Shown piece after piece: positions 44,341-53,762 of a DNA stretch of 64,000 bases. Every line of letters starts with the position of its first letter. Within the stretch, counting starts at the first letter, position 1. The stretch spans positions 23,226 to 87,225 of the forward strand of contig CADEDC010000002.1 in assembly GCA_902825985.1 (NCBI GenBank). Direction: 5' to 3'. Source of the stretch: an uncultured Acidobacteriota bacterium. Its GTDB lineage: Bacteria; Acidobacteriota; Vicinamibacteria; Vicinamibacterales; CAVVIG01. Under the pieces are notes generated by a model that saw nothing but the letters and a program-made list of their open reading frames with translations, was not told where the DNA came from and searched no databases. A program made the translations under genes and the position numbers.

Positions 44341-45047
44341 ACCGCTCCGGGGCGTCGTCGGCCGCGCCAGCCCCAGATGTGGTCGGGCGCCGCCGGACCC
44401 AGGTGGAACAGGAGGTCGAGGATCGTGACCTGATGCGTGAATGGCGGATGGAGCTGCGGGTACTCGGGATAGCCGCCATAGTCCTTCCACTCGACCTGTA
44501 CCCCGATGCCGGCGAAGTCGGCCTCGCTGATGTACGAGCGGGCCGCCGGTCCTGACACGTAGACGTCGGCGCCGGCCTGCGACAGCAGCTCCAGCAGCCG
44601 CTCGCCTTTCGTCCTGGTCAGCCGGAACTCGGTCGACTGGCGGAACCGCGTGCCGATGCCGAGCAGGTCGCCGGCAATGCCGGTGACGAAGGCCTGGTTC
44701 AGCTCGGAGAGCGAGATCCACTGGCGGCCGAGGTACAGCTGCTCGAAGTAGGCGCCATACGTCTGAAAGTACGGCGCCTTCTCGTACGAAGCCTGCAGCA
44801 GGCTCCAGTGGCGCCGCGCCCATTCCGAGGACGGCAACCGAACGTCGCAGATCCGGCGCCGCTCGTCCTTGCCGACCGGGATGGTCAGCCAGCGGCCGCC
44901 GGCCGGTGTCTTGATCCAGTTGCGGTTGCGCCAGTCGTTCTTCGTGTACTGCACGTCGTCATAGAAGATGAACTCGTCGACATCGTGGATGATGTCGAAG
45001 TAGCCCTTCCAGGGGATGTAGTTCGACTGCAGGACGGCGATTCGCAT
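44337..45047 (-). CDS. WbqC-family protein
   Basis: Only the C-terminal 236 aa of ORF 44337..45833. MRIAVLQSNYIPWKGYFDIIHDVDEFIFYDDVQYTKNDWRNRN is the characteristic WbqC N-terminus. Confidence 0.85.
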   Translation of the reverse strand: MRIAVLQSNYIPWKGYFDIIHDVDEFIFYDDVQYTKNDWRNRNWIKTPAGGRWLTIPVGKDERRRICDVRLPSSEWARRHWSLLQASYEKAPYFQTYGAYFEQLYLGRQWISLSELNQAFVTGIAGDLLGIGTRFRQSTEFRLTRTKGERLLELLSQAGADVYVSGPAARSYISEADFAGIGVQVEWKDYGGYPEYPQLHPPFTHQVTILDLLFHLGPAAPDHIWGWRGRRRPGAV

Positions 45048-45784
45048 CAGCGCATGGCCGGCCGGGCCCGGCGCGCGACGAAGCACTTGCGCGTCATCTG
45101 CGCGGTGACGTCGAAGCCCGGATTGTTGAGGATGCGATCGGCGATCGCCCGGTCCACCCCGTCGTATCCCGATCCGGCGTCGTCGAAGCAGATCCAGCCG
45201 CCAGGCACGAGGTACGGCACGAGGCGATCGATGTCGTCCACGACCGCCCGATAACCGTGGTCGCCGTCGATGAACAACAGGCGGACCTGAAAGCCCGGCA
45301 GCGCGCTCGCGGCAAACGTGGCGGTGGTGCCGCGGTGCGCCGCGACGAACCGCTCGAGACCGCGGGCGTGGAGGTTGGCGTGGAATCCCTCCAGGATGTC
45401 GGGCGTCTCGTCGTAGCGCGGCGCCAGCTGTGCCTGGAACGGACCGGCCCACACGGTCTGCTCCTGATAGCCGCCGTAGCGCCGCCCGTCGATCTCGACC
45501 GAGCACGAGTAGCTGCCGTCGGTATTGCACCGCCAGTCGTCCCGCGCCGGAAACAGATCGATGCAGTGCACGCGGCCGCCGGTGTCGCGGGCCGCGGCCG
45601 CCAGGACGATCGCCGAGCGTCCGAGCCACGAGCCGACTTCCACCAGGTCGCCGGGCAGGCCGACCGTCGCCCGCGCCAGCAGCGACAGCGTGAAGAGTTC
45701 GTCGACCGGCGACCAGCCGGGCACACCGTCCACGAGCGCTTCGATCTCGGACATCAGCGAGGTCGCGCCGCCGGTCGTCGTCAC
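45047..45784 (-). CDS. Class I SAM-dependent methyltransferase (Methyltransf_24 / macrocin-O-MT-like)
   Basis: 245 aa. LVEVGSWLGRSAIVLAAAA...LLFIDGDHGYRAVVDDI...LVPGGWICFDD. Confidence 0.75.
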   Translation of the reverse strand: MTTTGGATSLMSEIEALVDGVPGWSPVDELFTLSLLARATVGLPGDLVEVGSWLGRSAIVLAAAARDTGGRVHCIDLFPARDDWRCNTDGSYSCSVEIDGRRYGGYQEQTVWAGPFQAQLAPRYDETPDILEGFHANLHARGLERFVAAHRGTTATFAASALPGFQVRLLFIDGDHGYRAVVDDIDRLVPYLVPGGWICFDDAGSGYDGVDRAIADRILNNPGFDVTAQMTRKCFVARRARPAMR

Positions 45785-46770
45785 GCCCGCCCCCGCATCT
45801 GTTCCACCAGCGTCGCGTAGCTGGCGCCTTCATGCGGCCAACGGGTCTCCTGCCAGTCGGGGCATTGGCCGCAGAAGCCGTGTCTCCGGTAGTCGCCGGT
45901 CAGATGGGCGCTGCGCAGGGCGCGATACAGCGGGCCCTGCCAGAGGTCGGCAATCGTCGTCGTCCGGTAGTCGGCGAGTGACGAGCCGTGCGTCCAGTCC
46001 GCCGGGCAGAAGGCGAGGGTTCCGCGCGGCGTCAGCACCACCCGCTCCCACGGATACACGCAGGGGCGCCGCTCGACGGCCGCGGTGCGCCGGCGCATCA
46101 CGGCGGCAACCGGGATGACGGCACCGGCCGCCGAGTGCAGGCGCCGCACGACGACGTCTGCAGCACCGGCGTCTCGCCAGAACCGCTCGAACGCGCCGGT
46201 CTCGTGCTGGTTCTCCGGCTGCTCGACATAACTGACGACGACGCGCGTCGCCGCCGCCGACTCGTGGCTGCGCCGAATCAGTCTGAGGACGTTGGCGCGG
46301 GTGATGGCCAGCGTGCCGCCCACCCGGATGCGCGCGTAGGTGTCCGGCTCGACGGCATCGATGCTGATGTCGACCATGTGCACGCCGGTGGCCAGCAGCC
46401 GCTCGACCCGCGGCTCGGTCAGCAGCACGCCATTGGTCGTCAGCGACACGAAGGTGCCCGCCCGCGCCACCGCGTCGGCCAGCATCGCGAATATCTGCCG
46501 ATGCGCCAGGGGCTCGCCCTCGCTGGTGAAGCGCACCTGCTGCACCACGCCGCGTCCGGCGGCCGCCACTTCGCCGACGGCCTTCGCGACGAGTTCCGGC
46601 TCCAGCATGCGGGCGGCGTAGCGATCGGACTGCTTGAACGCCGGATGTGGGCAGTGCGTGCACGCGAGGTTGCACACCTCGGTGGTGTCGATGATGAGCT
46701 GCGATGGGAACGCGGCGGTGAGCCGCCCGCCGAACGCGTAGTGCGGCGATCTGTCGGTGGTCACGGCCAT
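45781..46770 (-). CDS. Radical SAM enzyme with C-terminal Cys-rich (SPASM-like) region
   Basis: 329 aa. CNLACTHC is the Cx3Cx2C cluster motif. The C-terminal cysteines are spaced CVYPW...FCPADW...FCGQCPDW. Confidence 0.85.
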   Translation of the reverse strand: MAVTTDRSPHYAFGGRLTAAFPSQLIIDTTEVCNLACTHCPHPAFKQSDRYAARMLEPELVAKAVGEVAAAGRGVVQQVRFTSEGEPLAHRQIFAMLADAVARAGTFVSLTTNGVLLTEPRVERLLATGVHMVDISIDAVEPDTYARIRVGGTLAITRANVLRLIRRSHESAAATRVVVSYVEQPENQHETGAFERFWRDAGAADVVVRRLHSAAGAVIPVAAVMRRRTAAVERRPCVYPWERVVLTPRGTLAFCPADWTHGSSLADYRTTTIADLWQGPLYRALRSAHLTGDYRRHGFCGQCPDWQETRWPHEGASYATLVEQMRGRA

Positions 46771-46780
46771 GACTGGTCCT

Positions 46781-47962
46781 TCACTCGCCCGCCGCCTGCC
46801 GGCGGCCGCCGGACGCCAGCACGTCGGCCAGCGCGTCGCTCACGAAGCGGGCGTCGTCCGGCGTCATGGTGGCGCTGATCGGCAGGGTGAGGATCCGCTG
46901 CGCCAGGCGATCGGTGTTCGGCAGCGCGCCGGGCCGCGACCCGGCATAGAGCGGCATCAGGTGAATCGGCGGATAGTGCAGGCTGGCGCCGACGTTGCGG
47001 TCGCGCATCGCCTTCAGCACGTCGTGGCGGGACTGGCCCAGTCCGGCGACCGGCAGCTGGATGACGAACAGATGGCGCGCGTGACCGGGCGCCAGGATCC
47101 CGTCCTGCATCGCGATCGGCCAGCGCAGGGACGCCAGCGCCTCGACGTAGGTGCGCGCGATCGCCAACCGGCGGTCGGCGAACTCCGGCTGGCGCCGCAG
47201 CTGGACGCGCCCGAGCGACGCCTGCAGGTCGGTGTAGTTCATCTTGTAGCCGAGCTCCGTCACCGGCAGCGCCTCGAGCCGCCGTGGATCGGTGAACCGC
47301 TTCCAGGCGTCCTGCGGCAGGCCATGCTGCCGCAGCGAACGCAGGCGGTCCGCCTCGGGTCCGTCGGCGAGCGCAATGGCGCCGCCCTCCCCCGTCGACA
47401 GATTCTTGTTCGCGTAGAAGCTGAAGCAGGTCAGGTTGCCCGAGCCGCCCACCGGGCGGCCGGTCGCGTCGCGGGCACCCCACGCGTGGGCGGCGTCCTC
47501 GACCACGGCGATGTGGGCCGGAACCGCCCGTCGGATGGCCGCGACGTCCACGGCATAGCCGCCGTAGTGGACGACGATGACGGCGCGCGTACGCGGGCCC
47601 AGGACGGCGCGGACCGACGCGGGGGTCATGCACAGCGTCTCCGGCGACACATCGGCGAACACCACCGTTGCGCCGAGATGACGGGCGACGTTGGCCGTGC
47701 TGATCCAGGTCAGGCTCGGCACGACGACCTCGTCACCCGGCTTGATGCCGAGCACCAGCAGCGACAGAAACAGCGCCGACGTGCAGGAGTTGACCGCGAC
47801 CACCGCTCCCGCACCGCAGGCGGCGGCGAGTTCGCGCTCGAACGCCAGCGTCTCGGCGCCCATCCCGACCCAGCCGGTGCGCAGCACCTGCGAGACGGCC
47901 TGGATCTCCAGGTCGCCGAAATCGGGCTGGCCGAAGGGCAGATAGGTGTCGCGCCGAAGCAT
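46781..47962 (-). CDS. DegT/DnrJ/EryC1/StrS-family PLP-dependent sugar aminotransferase (copy 1)
   Basis: Trimmed from ORF 46781..48037; start at 47962 (MLRRDTYLPFGQPDFGDLEIQAV). 393 aa. NSCTSALFLSL and FSFYANKNLSTGEGG (the PLP Lys region). Confidence 0.9.
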   Translation of the reverse strand: MLRRDTYLPFGQPDFGDLEIQAVSQVLRTGWVGMGAETLAFERELAAACGAGAVVAVNSCTSALFLSLLVLGIKPGDEVVVPSLTWISTANVARHLGATVVFADVSPETLCMTPASVRAVLGPRTRAVIVVHYGGYAVDVAAIRRAVPAHIAVVEDAAHAWGARDATGRPVGGSGNLTCFSFYANKNLSTGEGGAIALADGPEADRLRSLRQHGLPQDAWKRFTDPRRLEALPVTELGYKMNYTDLQASLGRVQLRRQPEFADRRLAIARTYVEALASLRWPIAMQDGILAPGHARHLFVIQLPVAGLGQSRHDVLKAMRDRNVGASLHYPPIHLMPLYAGSRPGALPNTDRLAQRILTLPISATMTPDDARFVSDALADVLASGGRRQAAGE

Positions 47963-47981
47963 TGATGGCCACCCAGCGCCT

Positions 47982-47998
47982 GAGCAACCGATATGCCG
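47982..47998 (-). promoter_or_regulatory. Candidate internal sigma-54 promoter in the only large gap of the 17-gene operon
   Basis: The minus strand reads CGGCATATCGGTTGCTC, with GG-N10-GC spacing and TTGCT at -12. It is 14/17 identical to the cheA-upstream motif. It lies in the 201-nt gap between GT 48164..49255 and the aminotransferase start. Confidence 0.35.
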
Positions 47999-48163
47999 CG
48001 CGCCGCCCGGGCGCGCCCGGCGGCGTTTCCGCGCCATTCACCCGCCGGCGGCGACGCCCGACGGGCGACCGCCGGTCCGGTGCGCGACGTGGCGACGACA
48101 GCGATCGTCGGCCCGCCGTCACCGCCGGGACGCACGCGCCCCGAGGCCGGCGCGGCGGGCCGC

Positions 48164-49255
48164 CTACGACGCGCGGGCCCGCAGGCCGGCCGGGCGGCCG
48201 GCCACCGACCGGGCGGCGCCCTGCCGCACCGCCTCGTACTCCGCCATGTAGGCGCCGTACACCGCCCGCGGCGTGAAGTGCTGCCGGTACTGCGCCCGTG
48301 CCCGCTCGATCAGCAGTCGGCGCGCCGCCGGCGTCGTGCCCCGGACGGTGGCGATGGCACGCGCCAGGTCGAGCGCATCGGGCGCGTCGAAGAACACCGT
48401 GCCGTGCCCCTGTTCGTCCATCCCGGAGAAGTGGGCGTTGCGGCCGGCGATGACGGGAATGCCATCGCACCACGCCTCGACCAGTGCGAACGGCCGCCGC
48501 TCGTCGAACGCCGGCAACGTCAGGTAGTCGCAGCGCGCCGCAATCGCGCGCGGGTGATGACGCGGCCCGCACACGCGGATCCGGTCGTCGACCCCGAGCG
48601 CCATGGCGAGTTCGGCGCAGGTCCTCGCGTCCACCTGGCCGGCGAGGACGCAGAGGAGTCCGTCGCGCTGCGAGACGCAGGCCAGCGCCCTCAGCACGGT
48701 CTCGTGGTGCACGCTGGTGCTGCCGTGACCGACGGCGCACAGGACGTCGCCGCCCTGGGTCCGCCACGCCACCAGCTCACGGTCCAGGGCGCTCTCCTCG
48801 GCGGTGAGCCGCGGCGTCGCCTCGACGGCGTACGGGATGACCCGCACCTGCTGCGGCTGGACGCCGAGCGTCGTGACCAGCGACGCCGCCAGCGACGACG
48901 GCACGGTCACCAGGTCGGCGAGCGTCAGCGACGGGATGTCGGGCTGCGCCGCGCGAATCCCCTCGTCGTAGACCCAGTCGTGCAGCGTCGCAATCACCGG
49001 CGTCCGGGTGCCGGCCGGCTCGCGAAGCGCCAGGCTGACCGGGACGGCGGCGGTCCCATGGGCGTGGATCAGATCGAAGGTCGCGGCGCCACCGAGCGTG
49101 CGATCGACGAACTGCGCGATGCCGGCGTCGTCGCCGAATACCGCCATCGAGGCGACCGCGACGGTGTGGCGCTCTAGCCGCTGTTCGTCGATCAGACGCG
49201 ACACGGCCATCGCCCCGTGCGGGACGAGCGTCGACAACACATGGAGGATTCGCAT
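48164..49255 (-). CDS. Glycosyltransferase, GT4-like
   Basis: 363 aa. MRILHVLSTLVPHGAM and the C-terminal FDERRPFALVEAWCDGIPVIAG (E-x7-E-like). Confidence 0.8.
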   Translation of the reverse strand: MRILHVLSTLVPHGAMAVSRLIDEQRLERHTVAVASMAVFGDDAGIAQFVDRTLGGAATFDLIHAHGTAAVPVSLALREPAGTRTPVIATLHDWVYDEGIRAAQPDIPSLTLADLVTVPSSLAASLVTTLGVQPQQVRVIPYAVEATPRLTAEESALDRELVAWRTQGGDVLCAVGHGSTSVHHETVLRALACVSQRDGLLCVLAGQVDARTCAELAMALGVDDRIRVCGPRHHPRAIAARCDYLTLPAFDERRPFALVEAWCDGIPVIAGRNAHFSGMDEQGHGTVFFDAPDALDLARAIATVRGTTPAARRLLIERARAQYRQHFTPRAVYGAYMAEYEAVRQGAARSVAGRPAGLRARAS

Positions 49256-49257
49256 GA

Positions 49258-50409
49258 TCAGGCGGTCCGCTGCTTTCGAAGTGAGCCCACCGGCCGGGCA
49301 TGCACGGTGTGCGAGGCCGCCGCGGCGCGCGCCTGCGCACTGACGGCGAAGTCGTCGACGACGCGTTCGATGGCCGCGAGCACGGCGGTGGCGTCACCGC
49401 GGCTCACGTCGCGGCCGATGCTGTCGACCGCTCGCGCCAGCACCGCCGGATCGGCCGGCCGCTGGCGCGCCACCCAGATCCGCCGGTGCCGGGTCGGACA
49501 CATCCGGAGCCCCTGGCTGGAGAGCTCCTCGCGCAGCTTCTCGCCGGGCCGCAGGCCGATGTGCTCGACGGCGACGCGCACGAACCCGCCGCGGGCTTCG
49601 AGGTCGAGCAGCCGGTCGGCGAGCGTGCCGATGCGGACCGGCGCTCCCATGTCGAGCCAGTAGGTCTCGGCCCGCCGGGCCTGCAGCTCGGTCTTCATGA
49701 CCAGCGCGACCGCCTCACCGGCGGTCATGAAATAGCGCGTCGCCTCGGGATCGGTGATCGGGATCGGCCGGCCCTGACGCACCTGCTCGCGCATGATCGT
49801 CAGGACGCTGCCGCTGCTGCCGAGGACGTTGCCGAAACGGACGACGATCGGCTGGAAGGTCTTCGACGTCCGCGACAGCACCACGAACTCGGCGAATCGC
49901 TTGGTCGCGCCCATCACGCTTTGCGGCGTCGCCGCCTTGTCCGACGAGATGAGGACGAAACGGGCGCCGACCGCGCGTGCCGCGTCGACGGCGCAGCGCG
50001 TGCCGAGGATGTTCGCGTCGGCGGCGGCACAGACCGCCCGCTCCGCCATCGTGACGTGCTTGTAGGCCGCCGCGTGGTAGACGACGTGCGGACGGTGGGC
50101 GCGACACGCGTGGTCCATCGCACCGGCCCGTGCGACGTCGGTGAGGACGACCTCGAGCGGCAGGTCCGGAAACTGCCCGGACAGCTCACGTTCGACCTGG
50201 AACAGCGCCAGTTCCGACTGATCGAGCAGCACCAGCCGCTGCGGCGCCAGCGGCGCGATCCGGCGTGCCAGCTCCGAGCCGATCGAACCACCGGCGCCGG
50301 TGATCAGGACGCGCCGCCCGGCAAAGGCGCGGCGGTCGGCGTCGGTCAGCAGCCGGCGGACCGGCCGCTGCAGCAGGAACTCGAGATCGGCCTCCGAGAA
50401 CGCGGTCAT
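49258..50409 (-). CDS. CapD/PglF/WbpM-type NDP-sugar 4,6-dehydratase (soluble catalytic domain; candidate first step of nonulosonate synthesis)
   Basis: 383 aa. VLITGAGGSIGSELARRI, HAAAYKHV, ISSDKAATPQSVMGATKR (the polysaccharide biosynthesis CapD family). Confidence 0.85.
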   Translation of the reverse strand: MTAFSEADLEFLLQRPVRRLLTDADRRAFAGRRVLITGAGGSIGSELARRIAPLAPQRLVLLDQSELALFQVERELSGQFPDLPLEVVLTDVARAGAMDHACRAHRPHVVYHAAAYKHVTMAERAVCAAADANILGTRCAVDAARAVGARFVLISSDKAATPQSVMGATKRFAEFVVLSRTSKTFQPIVVRFGNVLGSSGSVLTIMREQVRQGRPIPITDPEATRYFMTAGEAVALVMKTELQARRAETYWLDMGAPVRIGTLADRLLDLEARGGFVRVAVEHIGLRPGEKLREELSSQGLRMCPTRHRRIWVARQRPADPAVLARAVDSIGRDVSRGDATAVLAAIERVVDDFAVSAQARAAAASHTVHARPVGSLRKQRTA

Positions 50410-51236
50410 CGCCCGCCTCCGGCCGGCGTGCCTGGCGCGGCGCCGCCGCCGAGCGCCTCGGGACGCCCGATCCCCGGCCGGCCGACGCCGCTCGCCGACG
50501 GTTCCTCCGCCGCGTCGGTGCCGCCGTTCAGGATGACGATGTCGACGCGGCGGTTGCGGCTGCGGCCGCCGTCGGTGGTGTTCGAGACCCGCGGCCGGTA
50601 CTCGCCATAGCCGGCGACCGACAGCCGGGCCGGCGACACGGCGTCACGGGCCATCAGAATCTCGACCACGCGGATCGCGCGCGCCGCCGACAGGTCCCAG
50701 TTCGAGGCGAACCGCGCCGTGTGGATCGGGACATCGTCGGTGTGCCCCTCGATGCGGATGGCGTTGGGCAACCGCTCGAGCGCCTGGGCGAGCCGCGCCA
50801 TCACCTGCTCCAGCGCCGGTGACAGGTCGTCGCTCCCGACCGGGAACGCCCCGGTCTCGGGGATCGAGATGATCAAGCCGCGCCGGTCGCGGTTGATCTC
50901 GACCTGGCCGGCCCGGATCGCCTCGTCGAGTTCGGTCTCGACCTGCGATCGTACGTAGGCGATCTGCGCGTCGAGCACCTCGCCGCCGTGCTGCAGCACT
51001 TCCCGACCGCTGCCGCCGGCGACGCCGTCGAGCGATGTCGCCGGCACCGCCGGCGTGTCGAAGGCGGTCTGCATGCCCTCGGCGACGCCCGACAGCTTGG
51101 CGACATCGACGGTCGAGGCCGCGTACAGAGTCGTGAAGAACGCGAAGAGGAGCGTCACGAAGTCGGCATAGGAGATGATCCAGCGGTCGCGGACCCCTTC
51201 CGACATCCGCCGGCGGCGTTCGAACGCGCGCCTCAT
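50406..51236 (-). CDS. motB: Flagellar stator protein MotB-like (set 2), inside the sugar operon
   Basis: 276 aa. DRWIISYADFVTLLFAFFTTLY holds the TM segment and the conserved Asp. OmpA-like C-terminus (IEGHTDDVP...NWDLSAARAIRV...NRRVDI). ATGA overlaps at both ends (50406-09, 51233-36). Confidence 0.85.
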   Translation of the reverse strand: MRRAFERRRRMSEGVRDRWIISYADFVTLLFAFFTTLYAASTVDVAKLSGVAEGMQTAFDTPAVPATSLDGVAGGSGREVLQHGGEVLDAQIAYVRSQVETELDEAIRAGQVEINRDRRGLIISIPETGAFPVGSDDLSPALEQVMARLAQALERLPNAIRIEGHTDDVPIHTARFASNWDLSAARAIRVVEILMARDAVSPARLSVAGYGEYRPRVSNTTDGGRSRNRRVDIVILNGGTDAAEEPSASGVGRPGIGRPEALGGGAAPGTPAGGGR

Positions 51237-52036
51237 GCCGCCCGCCTCACGGTCTGCCGCTCGCGCAGCCGGACGTAGGCGTCGAGCTGCTCCTCGAGCT
51301 GCCGCGGATGCATGCCCTGTTGAATCGAGACCACCGCCTCGACGATCAACTCGCGCCGCAAGGCTGCCATGCGCGTCTGGTTCCGCACGCGCGCCGCCAG
51401 CGGCATGAAGACGAGGTTCGCGGAGCCGACGCCGTAGACCGTGGCGACGAACGCCACGGCGATACCGGCACCGAGCTTCGACGGCGCCGCCAGGTTCTCC
51501 ATGACGTGGATCAGACCGAGCACGGCGCCGAGAATCCCGAGTGTCGGGGCGTAGCCCGACGCCGACTCGAGGACGTGCGCCACCTCATCGTCGAACTCCT
51601 CCTGGGCGTGGCTTTCGGTCTCCATCGTCCGGCGTACCGCGTCCGGTGGCAGGCCGTCGATCGCCAGACCCAGCGCCCGCCCGAGAAACCGATCGCCGGT
51701 TTCCATCGCCGTATTCTCGAGCGACATCAGACCCTTCTTCTTCGAGCGCAGCGCCATGCTGGACAGCTCGGCCACCAGCGCCCGCATCGCCGGCGGCGGC
51801 GTGACGAAGGCATCCCGGACGGCGGACACCGTGCGGGCCAGGGTGGCGAGCGGGAAGCTCACCAGCAGCGCCGCTGCGGTTCCGCCGAAGACGACCAGCG
51901 CCGCGGTCGGCTGCACCAGCGACTGCAGGCTGCCGCCTTCGATCCGCTGCGCCACGATCACCGCCGCGAACGCCAGGCCGAGGCCGGCCAGCCCACTGAA
52001 GTCGAACTGTCGACGAGACGGAGGCTTCACGGTCAT
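51233..52036 (-). CDS. motA: Flagellar stator protein MotA-like (set 2; MotA/TolQ/ExbB channel family)
   Basis: 267 aa. TM segments and PTLGILGAVLGLIHVM...AFVATVYGVGSANLVFMPLA. The start overlaps the cytidylyltransferase stop (ATGA at 52033-36). Confidence 0.85.
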   Translation of the reverse strand: MTVKPPSRRQFDFSGLAGLGLAFAAVIVAQRIEGGSLQSLVQPTAALVVFGGTAAALLVSFPLATLARTVSAVRDAFVTPPPAMRALVAELSSMALRSKKKGLMSLENTAMETGDRFLGRALGLAIDGLPPDAVRRTMETESHAQEEFDDEVAHVLESASGYAPTLGILGAVLGLIHVMENLAAPSKLGAGIAVAFVATVYGVGSANLVFMPLAARVRNQTRMAALRRELIVEAVVSIQQGMHPRQLEEQLDAYVRLRERQTVRRAA

Positions 52037-52755
52037 CCGACATCTGACGCGGTCGTATGGTCGCCGGACACCGGCATGGTCAGCGCTCGCGCCGCCGCTC
52101 TGAGGATCTCGACAAGCGGCGCCGGCTCGCCCGGCATGGCGCCGGCCAGCGCGAAGACGCGGCGCATGAAGGCGAGGTCGGCGCCCGTGTCGACTGTCAG
52201 GCGGACGGCCGGGCGGCGGACGACGCCGGGTGCCAGCGCCGGCAGCGCGAAGAACCGGCGGTCGCGCCGGATGAGCGGCGTCACGTGTTCCCGATCGAAC
52301 GGATCGACCGCCAGACCGGCCGCCCGCGCCAGCGCTTCCACGGTGACCGCTTCCACCGCCGCGCCATGCGGCAGGCCGTGCTCGACCACATGATCGGCGC
52401 CGCTCCGGTGCAGCAGCGACAACGTCCGCGCCGCGGCGTCCATGTCGACCGCCGGGTTGTCGGCCGTCGCGCGGATGACCTCGGTGAGCCCGTGGCGGAC
52501 CGCCGCGGCGTAGTAGCGGCCGAGCACGTCTTCGGTCGCGCCCCGGAACACCGATGCACCGAGCCGCGCCGCCTCCGCGGCGACACGGTCGTCGTCGGCG
52601 AGTTCAGTCGTGGCGACGATCACCGTCAGTCCCGACGTCTTCAGGCGCTCGATGCAGTGGGCGAGCATCGAGCGGCCGGCGATGGGCGCCAGCACCTTCC
52701 CCGGAAGACGCGACGAGCCCATGCGGGCCTGCAGAATGATGGCAGCGTTCGGCAT
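52033..52755 (-). CDS. Cytidylyltransferase (SpsF/PseF-like CMP-nonulosonate synthetase family)
   Basis: C-terminal 240 aa of ORF 52033..53403. MPNAAIILQARMGSSRLPGKVLAPIAGRSML...TADNP is the typical SpsF/acylneuraminate cytidylyltransferase N-terminus. Confidence 0.8.
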   Translation of the reverse strand: MPNAAIILQARMGSSRLPGKVLAPIAGRSMLAHCIERLKTSGLTVIVATTELADDDRVAAEAARLGASVFRGATEDVLGRYYAAAVRHGLTEVIRATADNPAVDMDAAARTLSLLHRSGADHVVEHGLPHGAAVEAVTVEALARAAGLAVDPFDREHVTPLIRRDRRFFALPALAPGVVRRPAVRLTVDTGADLAFMRRVFALAGAMPGEPAPLVEILRAAARALTMPVSGDHTTASDVG

Positions 52756-53762
52756 CAGGCAACCTCGGCGATCGGCGTCGGCTGCAGCGGCTCGAGCGAC
52801 ACGTGCCGCTCGTCGACGAACACCGACGCCTCGTAATTCGTCATCCACAGGTTTTCCTTGAACTGCCCGATGATCGGCGTGACCCGGAAACCGCGGACCA
52901 GTTCGAGCAGCAGGCGCGGCACGTCGACCCCGGCGGCAATCGTCAGGCCGATGCCGCCGGAGAATCGCGGATTGATCTCGAACACCACCGGCCGTCCCTG
53001 CACGACCCGGCACTGGATGTTCACCGGCCCGACGAACGGCAGCACGCCGGCACACTGACGGGCCAGGGCGAGCAGCGACTCGTCGCGGACCGTGCGACCG
53101 CGGTCGATCACTCCGGCGCGAATCACCACCCGCTCGCGCGGGACGATCGCCAGCGGCTCGCCGCCGAAACTGCACAGCATGTCCAGCGTGAACTCCGGAC
53201 CGTCGAGATACTCCTGCACGATCGCGTCGTCGACGTAGTCGACGAAGAAGTCGAGCTCGCGCGCCGAGCGGATCGGGTAGGCGCCGACGCCGCCACGGCC
53301 GACGCGCGGCTTGACGAACAGCGGGAAACCGTGGCCGGCCGGCAGCTCGGCGGGTAGCCACGTGGGGGCCGCCGCCACCCCCCGTGCCACCAGGCTGCGG
53401 CACAACGCGTACTTGTCGTTGCAGAGCGCCGTCGTCGCCGACGGCGACACGGCGACGCGGATGCCCGCCGCCTCGAAACGCGGCTGGGCGTCGGCGAACG
53501 CGGTCAGCTCATCGTCGATCGTCGGGACGACCAGGCGGACGCGTTCGTGGCGGGCGATCCGGAGGATCTCGTCGATGTAGTCCGGCGCCGACGACAGCGG
53601 CACGCGGTACGCCGCATCCGCATAGTGGACGGCCGGCGACAGCGGGTTCACGTCGGTGGCGACCACCCGGCCGCCGCCGAGCTGCGCCAGCGCCGAGCGG
53701 AAGCCGTTGACCAGCGCGACGCGGCGCGACGCCGCGGTCACCAGGACGTTAGGCGACGACAC
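52755..53762 (-). CDS. ATP-grasp domain enzyme
   Basis: Trimmed from ORF 52755..53882. GTG start at 53762, preceded by AGGAGG. 335 aa. LVTAASRRVALV, FVKPRVGRGGVG, IVQEYLDGPEFTLD, FEINPRFSGG. Confidence 0.8.
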   Translation of the reverse strand: MSSPNVLVTAASRRVALVNGFRSALAQLGGGRVVATDVNPLSPAVHYADAAYRVPLSSAPDYIDEILRIARHERVRLVVPTIDDELTAFADAQPRFEAAGIRVAVSPSATTALCNDKYALCRSLVARGVAAAPTWLPAELPAGHGFPLFVKPRVGRGGVGAYPIRSARELDFFVDYVDDAIVQEYLDGPEFTLDMLCSFGGEPLAIVPRERVVIRAGVIDRGRTVRDESLLALARQCAGVLPFVGPVNIQCRVVQGRPVVFEINPRFSGGIGLTIAAGVDVPRLLLELVRGFRVTPIIGQFKENLWMTNYEASVFVDERHVSLEPLQPTPIAEVA

